A DNA stretch of 64,000 nt from Planctomycetota bacterium (GTDB taxonomy: Bacteria > Planctomycetota > B15-G4): positions 2,583,574-2,647,573 of the forward strand of contig CBDFJQ010000002.1 of the NCBI GenBank assembly GCA_965248575.1, in the 5' to 3' direction. Below are positions 8,918 to 18,052 of the stretch, piece by piece; position 1 is the first letter of the stretch; each line of letters starts with the position of its first letter. The translations under genes were made by a program, and so were the position numbers. The notes beneath the pieces are model-generated. The model made no database searches, was not told where the DNA came from, and saw only the letters and a list, made by a program, of their open reading frames with translations.

Positions 8918-10384
8918 TCAGGCACCGGCGCCCTGCTCCTCTTCGGGCCCCGCGTCCTTCTCAGGGCCCTGCTCGGTGTCCAGGTCCGCTTCACTGCTCT
9001 CGGCCGTCAGCTGGAACACGGTCGGCGTGGGTTCGCGCACACCCGATTCGATCACCGGCGGCGAGGACACGCGCTTGACCGCCTCCGGCAGCCCGAGTTC
9101 CTCCAACTTGCGGCCCTCCACCAGCACGCGACTCTCGAAGCTGCCCATGGCCTTGTTGTAGGCCGAGACCGCCCCGTCCAACCCCCTGCCGACGCGGATC
9201 AGATGGTCCGTGAAGACCGTCACGCGCTTGTAGAACTCCTGGGCGACATTCATGGCCTCTTGGGCGTTGAGCGCGATCTTCTCCTGGCTCCAGTAAATCC
9301 CCACCGTGCGCAACAGGGCGACCAGCGTGACCGGCGTCGCGATCAACACCCGATCGCGCAGGGCCTCCACCTGCAGATCCGGGTTCTTCTGGAAGGCCGC
9401 CGCGAGCACCGGCTCGGCAGGCACGAACATGACCACGTAGTCGATCTTCGCGTCCAGGCTCTTGGCGTAGTCCTTCTTGGCCAACTCGCGCACCCGAGTC
9501 CGCAAGGCGACCGCGTGCTGGGCCAGGAAGCGCTCCCGTTCGGCGGGGTCACTCGTCTCGGAGGCCTTCTGATAGTCCGTGAACGGCGCCTTGGCATCGA
9601 CCGGGATGGCCCCACCCCCTGGTAGCTTCACCACCATGTCGGGGCGCTGCCCGTCTGCATCCGTGACTTGAAGGCTGAAGTCGCAGTGCTCCGTCATGCC
9701 TGCCAGCTCGGCCACGTTGCGCAGGGCCATCTCGCCCCAACGACCTCGGGCCTGGCTACTGCCGCGCAAGGCCTCCGTCAGGGCATGGCTACTCTTGTGC
9801 AGCTCTGCCGTCGTGCTGGCCAGCTGGGTGAACTGTGCCTGGATCTCACCGTAGGCCTTCTCGCGTTTGGCCTCCAGCTGCTGCGTGCTCTCACCCACCG
9901 CCTTGAGCTTCTCGGTCAGCGGCTTGACCAACGCCTCGATCGCCTGCTTGCGCTGCTCCAACTCCGCAGCGCCATGCTTCTCGCTGATCTCCAGCTTCGA
10001 CTTGGCCAGCTCCAGGAATTGCGTCGTGCTCTCCTGCAGCACCTTGGCCGCGGTGGAGCGGAAGGTCTCGACGGTGCGTTTCTCGGCTTCGAGATGGGCG
10101 TTCTCCTGTTCCTCCCGGCGCGCCTCGGCCGCAGCCAACTCGGCGCGCGCCAGGGCTGACTCCTCTTGTACCCGCTTCAATTCCGTTTGCAGGGCCTCCA
10201 ACTCGACACGGGCTTGGCCGCGTGTCTCTTCCCGCTCCCGGCGCAGCTCGTCCCGCTCCCGGGCGGCGGCTTCCAACTCCCGCTGGCCTGCCGCCTTGGC
10301 ATCCGCGGCACCCTTGCGCCCCAACCAGAGCCCGAGGGCGAGGCCGGCAACCAAGGCGAGAAGAGGAATCAGGGCATCGGGCAT
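8918..10384 (-). CDS. rmuC: DNA recombination protein RmuC
   Basis: It has an N-terminal TM helix ([22 protein letters not shown]) and a long coiled coil. The conserved RmuC C-terminal domain is present (...[15 protein letters not shown]...[19 protein letters not shown]...[10 protein letters not shown]...). The start was trimmed from the 545-aa ORF to the Met preceding the TM helix. Confidence 0.85.
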   Translation of the reverse strand: MPDALIPLLALVAGLALGLWLGRKGAADAKAAGQRELEAAARERDELRREREETRGQARVELEALQTELKRVQEESALARAELAAAEARREEQENAHLEAEKRTVETFRSTAAKVLQESTTQFLELAKSKLEISEKHGAAELEQRKQAIEALVKPLTEKLKAVGESTQQLEAKREKAYGEIQAQFTQLASTTAELHKSSHALTEALRGSSQARGRWGEMALRNVAELAGMTEHCDFSLQVTDADGQRPDMVVKLPGGGAIPVDAKAPFTDYQKASETSDPAERERFLAQHAVALRTRVRELAKKDYAKSLDAKIDYVVMFVPAEPVLAAAFQKNPDLQVEALRDRVLIATPVTLVALLRTVGIYWSQEKIALNAQEAMNVAQEFYKRVTVFTDHLIRVGRGLDGAVSAYNKAMGSFESRVLVEGRKLEELGLPEAVKRVSSPPVIESGVREPTPTVFQLTAESSEADLDTEQGPEKDAGPEEEQGAGA

Positions 10385-10490
10385 GGCGAACACTCGGACC
10401 GCGGGTGCGGGTGGGTCGGGGCAGGCGGCCGAGGATACCCTGGCGGGCACCTCGCAGCCCCCTCCAGCCTCCTCACCCACGAGCGCCCCC

Positions 10491-10910
10491 ATGAAGTCCC
10501 ATCGCCAGGAACTCTGGTTCGAAGTCCCCCAACGCCGAGGCTTCCTCAACATCACGCAGCACGTTCAGCAAGCGCTGAGCGACTCAGGTATCCGCGAGGG
10601 GCTGTGCTTGGTGAATGCCATGCACATCACCGCCAGCGTCTTCATCAACGATGACGAAGCCGGGCTCCACCAGGACTACGAGCGCTGGCTCGAGCAACTG
10701 GCGCCTCACGAACCCCTCTCCCTCTACAAGCACAACAACACCGGTGAGGACAACGGAGATGCCCACTGCAAGCGCCAGATCATGGGTCGCGAAGTGGTCG
10801 TGGCCGTCACGGACGGGCAGTTGGACTTCGGCACCTGGGAGCAGATCTTCTACGGCGAGTTCGACGGACGGCGCCGCAAGCGCGTGCTCGTGAAGATCAT
10901 CGGGGAGTAG
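10491..10910 (+). CDS. yjbQ: YjbQ/UPF0047 family protein (secondary thiamine-phosphate synthase-like)
   Basis: 139 aa. The YjbQ family core is [12 protein letters not shown]...[31 protein letters not shown]...[19 protein letters not shown]. It is the 3' part of the 347-aa ORF 9867..10910 and starts at the ATG at 10491. Confidence 0.8.
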   Translation: MKSHRQELWFEVPQRRGFLNITQHVQQALSDSGIREGLCLVNAMHITASVFINDDEAGLHQDYERWLEQLAPHEPLSLYKHNNTGEDNGDAHCKRQIMGREVVVAVTDGQLDFGTWEQIFYGEFDGRRRKRVLVKIIGE

Positions 10911-12186
10911 GCTTTGGCGATCCGGGGGGAGCGCCCGGCCCTGATCCAGAGGGGACGTCGGCCGAAGATCGCAGGGCAGCCAGGGCGGTCAGGAACATCA
11001 GGACCGCCGCCAGGACGAAGAGCGGGCCGAGGCCGAACTTGGCTCCCAGCATGCCGCCGCCCAAGGGCGCCGTGGCCCGGGCCAGGACGACCACCGAGAA
11101 GGTCACGCCCTGGGCTGCGCCGCGCTTCTCCACCGGGCTGTTGCGTGCGGCAGCACTGAAAGCCGCCGGCACCACACCCGCAACGAACGCGCCGCTCGCA
11201 AAGCGCAAGAGGGCCAGCAGGGTGACGTCGTCCACGAAGCGCTGGCCCAGATAGGCCGCCCCTGCACCTGCGGCGCACACCGCCAGCAGACGGCGGTTCC
11301 CCAGGCGATCCCCGATGCGCCCCCAGACGGGCGTGAACATCAGGGTCGCCAGGGCCTGAGCGCCGAACACCAGTCCTGTCACCGTCTCCAACCGCTCCGG
11401 TTCGAAGCCGGTGCGGGTCTCGACCCAGAGCGCCAGCAAGGGGTCGAGCAGGGACGCCCCGAAGCGCACGGCGAAGGCCCCCGCCAGCACGATGCGCAGC
11501 ACAGGGTGGCCAAGGAAGGCGCCCACGTCGCGCATGACGGCTCGCCACATCGCCAACGCCTCGGGCTTGGAGGCCGCGGCCGACGGATCGTCCTCGGGCT
11601 CCTTCACGAACAGCGCCACGAGCAACAGGGCCACGACGCTCAGGGCTGAGCACACCACGAAGACCGCCCGATGCCCGAACTGGTCGGCGATGGTCCCACC
11701 CATGAGCGGTCCCACGATGCCTCCCGCCATGAGCGCAGTCTGCAGGTTCGCGGACACGCGCCCCTGCCGTGCGGCGGGCGTGCTGACCGAGACGAGCGTC
11801 ATGGCTGGGGCGATGAAGCCCGAGAACACTCCCTGCCCCAACCGCAAGGCCAGCATGGGCCACGGCCCGCTCACAAAACCCATGGCACCCACGAAGATGA
11901 CGATGGCCATGTTCGCGCGCAGGATCATCAACTTGCGCCCGTAGCGATCGCCCAGGGCACCCCAGAAGGGCCCCATCAAGGCCGCCGGCAAGGGCGCCGC
12001 CGCGACGATGATGCCCGACCAGATGCGCACCGCCTCGTCCCCCACCACCCCGATCTCTTCCATGTAGAGCGGGATCAGCGGCAGGAAGCCCATCATCCCC
12101 ACGGAGGTGATGAAGTTGCTGAACCAGATGAGGATGAAGTTGCGCCGCGCGTAGGGCGGCACATCGTCGCGGGGACTCTCGGTCAC
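10897..12186 (-). CDS. MFS transporter
   Basis: 429 aa with 12 predicted TM segments. The MFS motif A-like loop is [12 protein letters not shown], and a second loop is [11 protein letters not shown]. Confidence 0.85.
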   Translation of the reverse strand: MTESPRDDVPPYARRNFILIWFSNFITSVGMMGFLPLIPLYMEEIGVVGDEAVRIWSGIIVAAAPLPAALMGPFWGALGDRYGRKLMILRANMAIVIFVGAMGFVSGPWPMLALRLGQGVFSGFIAPAMTLVSVSTPAARQGRVSANLQTALMAGGIVGPLMGGTIADQFGHRAVFVVCSALSVVALLLVALFVKEPEDDPSAAASKPEALAMWRAVMRDVGAFLGHPVLRIVLAGAFAVRFGASLLDPLLALWVETRTGFEPERLETVTGLVFGAQALATLMFTPVWGRIGDRLGNRRLLAVCAAGAGAAYLGQRFVDDVTLLALLRFASGAFVAGVVPAAFSAAARNSPVEKRGAAQGVTFSVVVLARATAPLGGGMLGAKFGLGPLFVLAAVLMFLTALAALRSSADVPSGSGPGAPPGSPKPTPR

Positions 12187-12188
12187 GC

Positions 12189-14501
12189 CTACCTCACCGA
12201 CAGCGTCATGACATTGGAGAGCCCACCCACCGTCAGTCCAGGGTTCAACTCCACGGCGACCAGGTCCACCGTGGTACCGGACAGGGACGCCGGCAAGTTG
12301 ACGCCGATGGACGCCTCCCCGCCCGCGTAGATGAGCGGCAACTTGGTGATGAGCAACGGGCTGGCCAGCGGCACGCCATTCACGGACAGCGCGGCCACCA
12401 CAGCGCCCAGGCCACTTCCCTGCACGCGCAACTCCAGCGCGCCGCCTGCCACGGGTGAGGCGGAATCCGCCGTCAATGCCAGCACGTCGGGCCCGAAGGT
12501 CTCCACCAGCAGCAGGTCACCGCCGGCGCCTGCCTCATGGATGCCGAGCACGGCGTTGCGCACTGCGGGCGGCTTGTCGCTCGTGAACCCGAAGTTGTAG
12601 AGGGTCCCGAACTCCAACGGCCCCGCGACCTTGTGCCCTGCCAGGAACACGCCTGGAAAAGCCCAGGCCAGGTTGCCCTGGGCTTTGCTCACCACCCAGT
12701 CGTTGGCCGCTTGGTCGTCGATGTCGTGAAAGCTCGCGCCCATGGCCAAGCCCGTGGAGATGGGCAGCGAGAAGGAGTCGACCTTGCGATCGAGGGTCCA
12801 GTTGAACAACGCGTACTCGTAGCGCCAGAGCCCGCCCGCAACGGGTGTCACCTGCACGGCGAGGATCACGTTGCCATCGTCGGGAGCCAGGCCCGCCAAG
12901 CTGCGCTTCTGTCCCCAACGCTGGATCGCCGGGCCCTGGACGAGCGGGTTTCCGTCCGACACGAGCGGTGTCGTGGCGAAGAAGCCCTCCCCATCCACCA
13001 CGAACTCAGCCCGGCGCGAACCGATGTTGTTCTGCGGATTCACGTCGTCCCGCACCATGTAGAAGGCCTCGTACCAATAGCTGGCACCGGGCGTGGCAAG
13101 ATCGGCGTCGAAGGCCTCGAGCCGATGGTCGACGGGGCTCAGGGTGCTGCCGTCCTCGTCTCGCAGGCAGTCCACCGGCACACCATCGAAGAAGGAGCCG
13201 GAGCACTCCCACTCCGCCGTGTAGGGGTTCCACTCGTCGCGTGGCCCCAGCCAGAAGCGGTCGGCGTTGTTGCCCGAGCCGTAGGTGTCCGAGCAGCCCA
13301 GTCCCAGCGCCGTCCCGCCCCCGGGGCTGAGGCAAGGCGTGCACGAGCTGTTGCTCTGGGCAAAGAAGCCGTGCTTGATCCAGGAAAGACCTACCTGTTC
13401 AAAGCGGCCGTTCCACTCGCGGTAGAGCGCCATCCCGATCCCCGGGTGCTCCGGGTCCATGGCCTTCAGCCACGGAATGTCGACGTCCCCGGCGTTGCAC
13501 GAAATGGTCGTGAGGGACAGCCCCGAACGACCCTCGGGGAAGTCCCCCTCATGGCCCAGAACCACGAGCGACTGCAAGCCGCCCAGCTCCATGTCGATGC
13601 CGCTGACTCCCACAGCTGCAGCCTGCTGGGCAGCCTCGCTGGGCGCCTCCGGGGTGGGGGCAAACCGGGTGGGCGCAAACGGGGTGAGCACGTTCTGGCC
13701 CGGCGGCAAACTCCACTCACCCTCCCACTCATCCAGCGTGGCCTTGATGCGCCCGTAGCCCAGCACGAGTCCAGCCAGCTCAGGCCGCCCGAAGTGCTGC
13801 GCCAGTTGCTCCGTGAGCACGAGGTCCCAAGCGCGGATGCGTAGCTCGAGGGCAGCATGCCCGACGCCTGCGCCCGGTGCAGGCCAGCCATCGGGCCCGG
13901 TCCCATACGGATCGGGGGCCGCGAAGTAGACCTTCGCGTAGCAGAGCCGGAAAGCGTCTCGCGGGCCGATGCCGCCGCTGGGAGCCCCCGCTTCCGTCAG
14001 GTAGAGCACGTCCGGGTCCGGTTCGCCGCCCGGTCCGTCGCTGCGGGCCCAACGGGCGTGGATCTCGAAGTCGTGAAAGTCCACCACCCGTCCGCTGGCG
14101 GGCGCCACCAGGCTGAAGCCCCCGTCCAGGCGCACGGCACCACCGAGCACCCCGTAGGGTTGGGCAACCCCCAGGTCGTTGCGCAGTACCAACAGGTCCG
14201 AGTCCTCACGGATCTGGAAGCCATAGGCCGTTCCGCCAGCCTCCTCCACCAAGGGCTCGGGCACCTCTGCCGTCTGCACCAAAGCACGGAGCTCGAGCCC
14301 AGCCTGGGCCATGGCATCGGGATAGAGGTGCAGGGCGAGTCGACCACCGTTCGTGCGCCAAGGCGTGAGCTGGCCCAGGTCCGGAGGCAGGGCGGGGCCC
14401 TGCTGCGGAGACGCCGACGCGTCTCCGACGCAGATCAGGAAGGACAAGCCCAGCAGAGCGGCCACCTGGCCAGCTCGTTGACAGCGCACGTGAAAGGACA
14501 T
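12189..14501 (-). CDS. Secreted hypothetical protein (770 aa) of unknown fold
   Basis: It has an N-terminal signal peptide (MSFHVRCQRAGQVAALLGLSFLICVGDASA). It is Cys-containing and Gly/Pro-rich, and I recognised no family. Its stop abuts the downstream MFS gene start by 3 nt. The antisense 435-aa ORF was rejected. Confidence 0.55.
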   Translation of the reverse strand: MSFHVRCQRAGQVAALLGLSFLICVGDASASPQQGPALPPDLGQLTPWRTNGGRLALHLYPDAMAQAGLELRALVQTAEVPEPLVEEAGGTAYGFQIREDSDLLVLRNDLGVAQPYGVLGGAVRLDGGFSLVAPASGRVVDFHDFEIHARWARSDGPGGEPDPDVLYLTEAGAPSGGIGPRDAFRLCYAKVYFAAPDPYGTGPDGWPAPGAGVGHAALELRIRAWDLVLTEQLAQHFGRPELAGLVLGYGRIKATLDEWEGEWSLPPGQNVLTPFAPTRFAPTPEAPSEAAQQAAAVGVSGIDMELGGLQSLVVLGHEGDFPEGRSGLSLTTISCNAGDVDIPWLKAMDPEHPGIGMALYREWNGRFEQVGLSWIKHGFFAQSNSSCTPCLSPGGGTALGLGCSDTYGSGNNADRFWLGPRDEWNPYTAEWECSGSFFDGVPVDCLRDEDGSTLSPVDHRLEAFDADLATPGASYWYEAFYMVRDDVNPQNNIGSRRAEFVVDGEGFFATTPLVSDGNPLVQGPAIQRWGQKRSLAGLAPDDGNVILAVQVTPVAGGLWRYEYALFNWTLDRKVDSFSLPISTGLAMGASFHDIDDQAANDWVVSKAQGNLAWAFPGVFLAGHKVAGPLEFGTLYNFGFTSDKPPAVRNAVLGIHEAGAGGDLLLVETFGPDVLALTADSASPVAGGALELRVQGSGLGAVVAALSVNGVPLASPLLITKLPLIYAGGEASIGVNLPASLSGTTVDLVAVELNPGLTVGGLSNVMTLSVR

Positions 14502-14673
14502 CGAGGTCGCCTCTGAGAACAGCGCTCGGCGCGAGAAAGGAAGTGAGCGCCAGTGTACGGCCCGGGGCCACCCCCACGCTGCCCTTCATCGCTCCCTGCA
14601 GCCCATCTTGCCCCGGCGTCGGATATGCTTTCCCCGCACGACTGTCCCGCGGCCTACGGACCTCTCCGTCCCG

Positions 14674-16119
14674 ATGAAGATCTCCATTGTCAATCCGGTC
14701 ATTCCCGTCTTCCAGCGGAACTACGCCTACCGGAAAACCCGCCTCTGGCAGCCCCTCTCCACGGCCATCGTGGCGGCCTGGTTGGAAGAACAAGGGGGCT
14801 GGGAGATCCAGTTCTTGGATGCCCACGTCATGGGCTGGAGCGACGAAGAGACCGCGCGCCGCATCCGGGAGTTCGCACCCGACGTCCTCTACTACAGCTC
14901 CGAGCGCACCGATGCGTGGGAGCTGCCGATTCCCGACCTCGCCTACATCACCGACTTCTTCGAGGCGCTCGAAAAGACGGGCGACAAGCCGACGTGGGTC
15001 TTGGTGGAAGGGCCACACGGTTCCATCTACCCCGACGACATCATGCAGCGACTGCCCATGGCGGACGCCTGCCTGCGGGGCGAGACGGAGCCCGTCTCCT
15101 TTGCGGCGCTCGGCGCCTTGGCCCAGGGCGACGATCTCAGCAAAGTGAACTCCGTGAGCTGGCGCGACGAGCAAGGCGCGGTCCACCACAACCCGGACGA
15201 ACCCAACCCGGTGCCCTACGCGGACTTCCCGTCTGCGGCCTGGCACCACCTGGACATGGGCCGCTACCGCGACGCCGCGGCGCCGGACACGCCCTTTGCC
15301 ATGCTCGAGACCTCCCGCGGCTGCCCCATGCCCTGCGGCTACTGCTACAAGCAGATGTTCGGCGACCGCCAGAGCAAGCGCGACCCCGAGCAGGTGCTGG
15401 ACGAAGTGCAGCACGTGGTCGAGAATTACGGCGTGCGCCGCATCATGTTCCAGGACCAGATCTTCACCCTGGACCGCAAGCACACCCGCGCCATCTGCGA
15501 AGGCCTCATCGACCGGCGCCTGGCGCCCAAGATCGAATGGCGCTGCCAGACGCGCCTGAACGGCATGACCAAGGAGCTGCTCAAGCTCATGAAGGATGCG
15601 GGCTGCGCCGAGATCTACACCGGCCTCGAGACGGGCAGCGACGACATGCAGGGCGAGATCAGCAAGCTGACCCTGGACGAGTACCTGGAGTACCGCGACT
15701 ACGGCGAATCCATCGGCTTGCCCATCAGCCCCAACTTCATCTTCGGGCTGCCGGGCGAGACTTATGAAACCGCCATGGAGTCGGCGCGCTTCTATCACGA
15801 GCTGGGCTTCGCCATCGTGCCCAACGTGAACATCACCTACCCCCAGACCCGCTATCACGCCGAAGCCATCGAGCGTGAGGAGATCAGCGGCAGCACTTGG
15901 GACGAGGTCGTCATGGGTGCCGGCCTCGTGGGCACCGACATGGACAAGGCCACCATCGACAAGCTGCGCGCCAACGCGTTGCAGATGAACCGCGTGCTGC
16001 GCTGGAAGAAGCGGCTCTGGGGCCTGGCGGGCAAGCAGTACGGCAAGGGTGCCGCCGCGCGCATCCTGTCCAAGCGCCGCAAGCGGAACCCGGCTCTCAA
16101 GGTGCCGTCCATTCGCTGA
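14674..16119 (+). CDS. B12-binding-domain radical SAM protein (class B radical SAM, probable methyltransferase-type)
   Basis: The start was placed at MKISIVNPVIP, which fits the Rossmann-like B12-binding N-terminal domain. The radical SAM CxxxCxxC motif is in SRGCPMPCGYCYK. The antisense 766-aa ORF 14206..16506 was rejected. Confidence 0.8.
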   Translation: MKISIVNPVIPVFQRNYAYRKTRLWQPLSTAIVAAWLEEQGGWEIQFLDAHVMGWSDEETARRIREFAPDVLYYSSERTDAWELPIPDLAYITDFFEALEKTGDKPTWVLVEGPHGSIYPDDIMQRLPMADACLRGETEPVSFAALGALAQGDDLSKVNSVSWRDEQGAVHHNPDEPNPVPYADFPSAAWHHLDMGRYRDAAAPDTPFAMLETSRGCPMPCGYCYKQMFGDRQSKRDPEQVLDEVQHVVENYGVRRIMFQDQIFTLDRKHTRAICEGLIDRRLAPKIEWRCQTRLNGMTKELLKLMKDAGCAEIYTGLETGSDDMQGEISKLTLDEYLEYRDYGESIGLPISPNFIFGLPGETYETAMESARFYHELGFAIVPNVNITYPQTRYHAEAIEREEISGSTWDEVVMGAGLVGTDMDKATIDKLRANALQMNRVLRWKKRLWGLAGKQYGKGAAARILSKRRKRNPALKVPSIR

Positions 16120-16173
16120 CCGCGCCCTACGTGTGACGCCTGGGCGGCCGCGCTTGCATCGCCTCTGGGGGCG

Positions 16174-18033
16174 GTGAAGACTGGCAGCATCCCCAGGGAA
16201 GAGCACGTCTTGAGCGAGTCCGAACACGAGCCCATCGTGGACGACACGGCCGATGTCGATGTCGAGGCCGAAGTAGCGACCGAGGGTGCGGCCGGGATCG
16301 ACACTGCGGCTCCGACCGATGTCCATCTGGCAGCCGGACGCCCGCGACTCATCACCCTGCTCGGCATCCTCGCCCTGGCTCTCGGGCTGCGCGGCCTCGC
16401 CTGGCAGCGCGCGCTCATGATGATGAACGATGGGCCGGACTTCCTTTGGCAGGCCCTGCGCTTCCTGGACGGTGAGTGGTCGGCCGCCCTCAGCCATCCC
16501 TACCACCCCCTGTTCGCTGGACTCACGGCGCTCGTCGCCGGTTTGCGCGGAGTCACCGAGCTGGGCAGCGACCCAGGCGCCGCTATCGGCCTGGGAGGGG
16601 GCACCAGCCTGGAGACGTCGGCACTCGCGGTGTCCGTGGCAGGCGGACTGCTGGTGGTCGTGGCCACCTGGGGGCTCGCCAAGTTGGCGTTCCCGAACAG
16701 CCCGCGCGTGCCCGCCTGTGCCGCTCTGGTCGCCGCTGTCGCCGCCCGCTTCGTGGCGTTCAGCTCGGATGTGCAGTCCGACGGCCTCTTCGCTGGCCTG
16801 AGTCTCGCGGCCGTCTGGGCCCTGGTCTCAGCCGCGCAGCGAGGAGCCTGCGGACGACGGCTGGCGGCGGCCGGGCTGCTCACGGGCCTCGCGTATCTCA
16901 CACGCCCTGAAGGCCTGTTTGTCTGCTTCGCCCTGGTTCTGTGGCTCGTCGCACAACCGGGCGCGCTCAGATCCCGCGTGCGCGGCGTCCTGCTCTTCAC
17001 GGGCGGCGCGCTGCTCTTGGTGCTGCCCTACGTCGTCGCGCTGCATCAGGTCACAGGCGTCTGGGGCCTCTCGCTCAAGCCTTCGCTGCAGTTCGCCGGC
17101 CTGAGCGACTCCACGCAGATCCAACCGGCGCCGGCGGGCTCGCCCATGTCCTGGGCCTATGTGCCCACGGTCCTCGGCGAACGTCGCGCGCGGAAGGCCG
17201 CCGAAGAGCTGCCTCCTCGCCAGGGCTCGCTGCAGGGCACCCTTAACAACGGCACCACGTGGCTTCCCATGCCGGGGCTCTCGCTACTCGCACTCCCGCC
17301 CCTCGCGGCGAAGGCCGATTGGGGCCGCGCCCTCAACGTGACCCTCAAGGGCTACGTGTCGGCCTTGCGCGGCGAACTTGTTCTGCTGGCGCTGCTCGGC
17401 ATCGTCCCTCTGTTGCGACAGCGTCGATCCCTGGCCATGGGCCTGCTCGCCATGCAGCTGGGCTGGTTGGCCGTCAGCTGCTGGCACGTACGTACGAGCG
17501 ACTACATCACCAACCGGCACTTCCTCATGGCGCACGCGCTGCTCTTGCCCATCGCGGGCGCGGGGCTTCTGAGCCTCTGGACCGCCGGGAAGAGCGCAGC
17601 GGCTCGCCCCTGGCTGCGCAACACCCTGCGCACCCTGGCCGTCCTGTGTCTCGTCGTCAGCGCACTAGCGGGGACGGCGCCGCGGCGCGACGAGAATGGC
17701 CCGCGCTTGGAAGCCCTGGCCTGGGTCAGCAAGCACACCTCCGTCGAGCAGTCCTTCGCCACCCATCGGCATCGGGATGGTTGGTACGCGCACCGCGTGG
17801 CCATCACCACGCGCATGCCCGTCAAGGACCGACTCTTCGCCCGACGCGTCCAGGAGCAGAACGTCCGCTATCTCGTCTTCGACGAGGACAAGCTGCTGGA
17901 GCACCAACCGCACTGGATCGAGCAGGGCCTGGTGAGCCTGGTGCAGAGTTTCGAGGGTGAGGGCGACACGGTCCTGGTCCTGGAGCCTCACTTTGGCGAC
18001 CTCGTGCCGCCCGCCGCCCAGACCGACAGGTAG
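16174..18033 (+). CDS. ArnT/PMT-like (GT39/GT83-type) membrane glycosyltransferase
   Basis: 619 aa and polytopic. YLTRPEGL is the conserved periplasmic loop of undecaprenyl/dolichyl-phosphate-sugar-dependent glycosyltransferases. The acidic N-terminal tail makes the exact start uncertain. Confidence 0.65.
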   Translation: MKTGSIPREEHVLSESEHEPIVDDTADVDVEAEVATEGAAGIDTAAPTDVHLAAGRPRLITLLGILALALGLRGLAWQRALMMMNDGPDFLWQALRFLDGEWSAALSHPYHPLFAGLTALVAGLRGVTELGSDPGAAIGLGGGTSLETSALAVSVAGGLLVVVATWGLAKLAFPNSPRVPACAALVAAVAARFVAFSSDVQSDGLFAGLSLAAVWALVSAAQRGACGRRLAAAGLLTGLAYLTRPEGLFVCFALVLWLVAQPGALRSRVRGVLLFTGGALLLVLPYVVALHQVTGVWGLSLKPSLQFAGLSDSTQIQPAPAGSPMSWAYVPTVLGERRARKAAEELPPRQGSLQGTLNNGTTWLPMPGLSLLALPPLAAKADWGRALNVTLKGYVSALRGELVLLALLGIVPLLRQRRSLAMGLLAMQLGWLAVSCWHVRTSDYITNRHFLMAHALLLPIAGAGLLSLWTAGKSAAARPWLRNTLRTLAVLCLVVSALAGTAPRRDENGPRLEALAWVSKHTSVEQSFATHRHRDGWYAHRVAITTRMPVKDRLFARRVQEQNVRYLVFDEDKLLEHQPHWIEQGLVSLVQSFEGEGDTVLVLEPHFGDLVPPAAQTDR

Positions 18034-18052
18034 CGAAGCCCTCGAGTCCTGG

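Noticed and set aside
14206-16506. 766-aa ORF on the minus strand
   Set aside because: It is antisense to the B12-binding radical SAM gene, which has an unmistakable CxxxCxxC and a B12-domain start. The translation is Arg/Gly/Ala-rich low-complexity sequence typical of antisense frames in GC-rich DNA.
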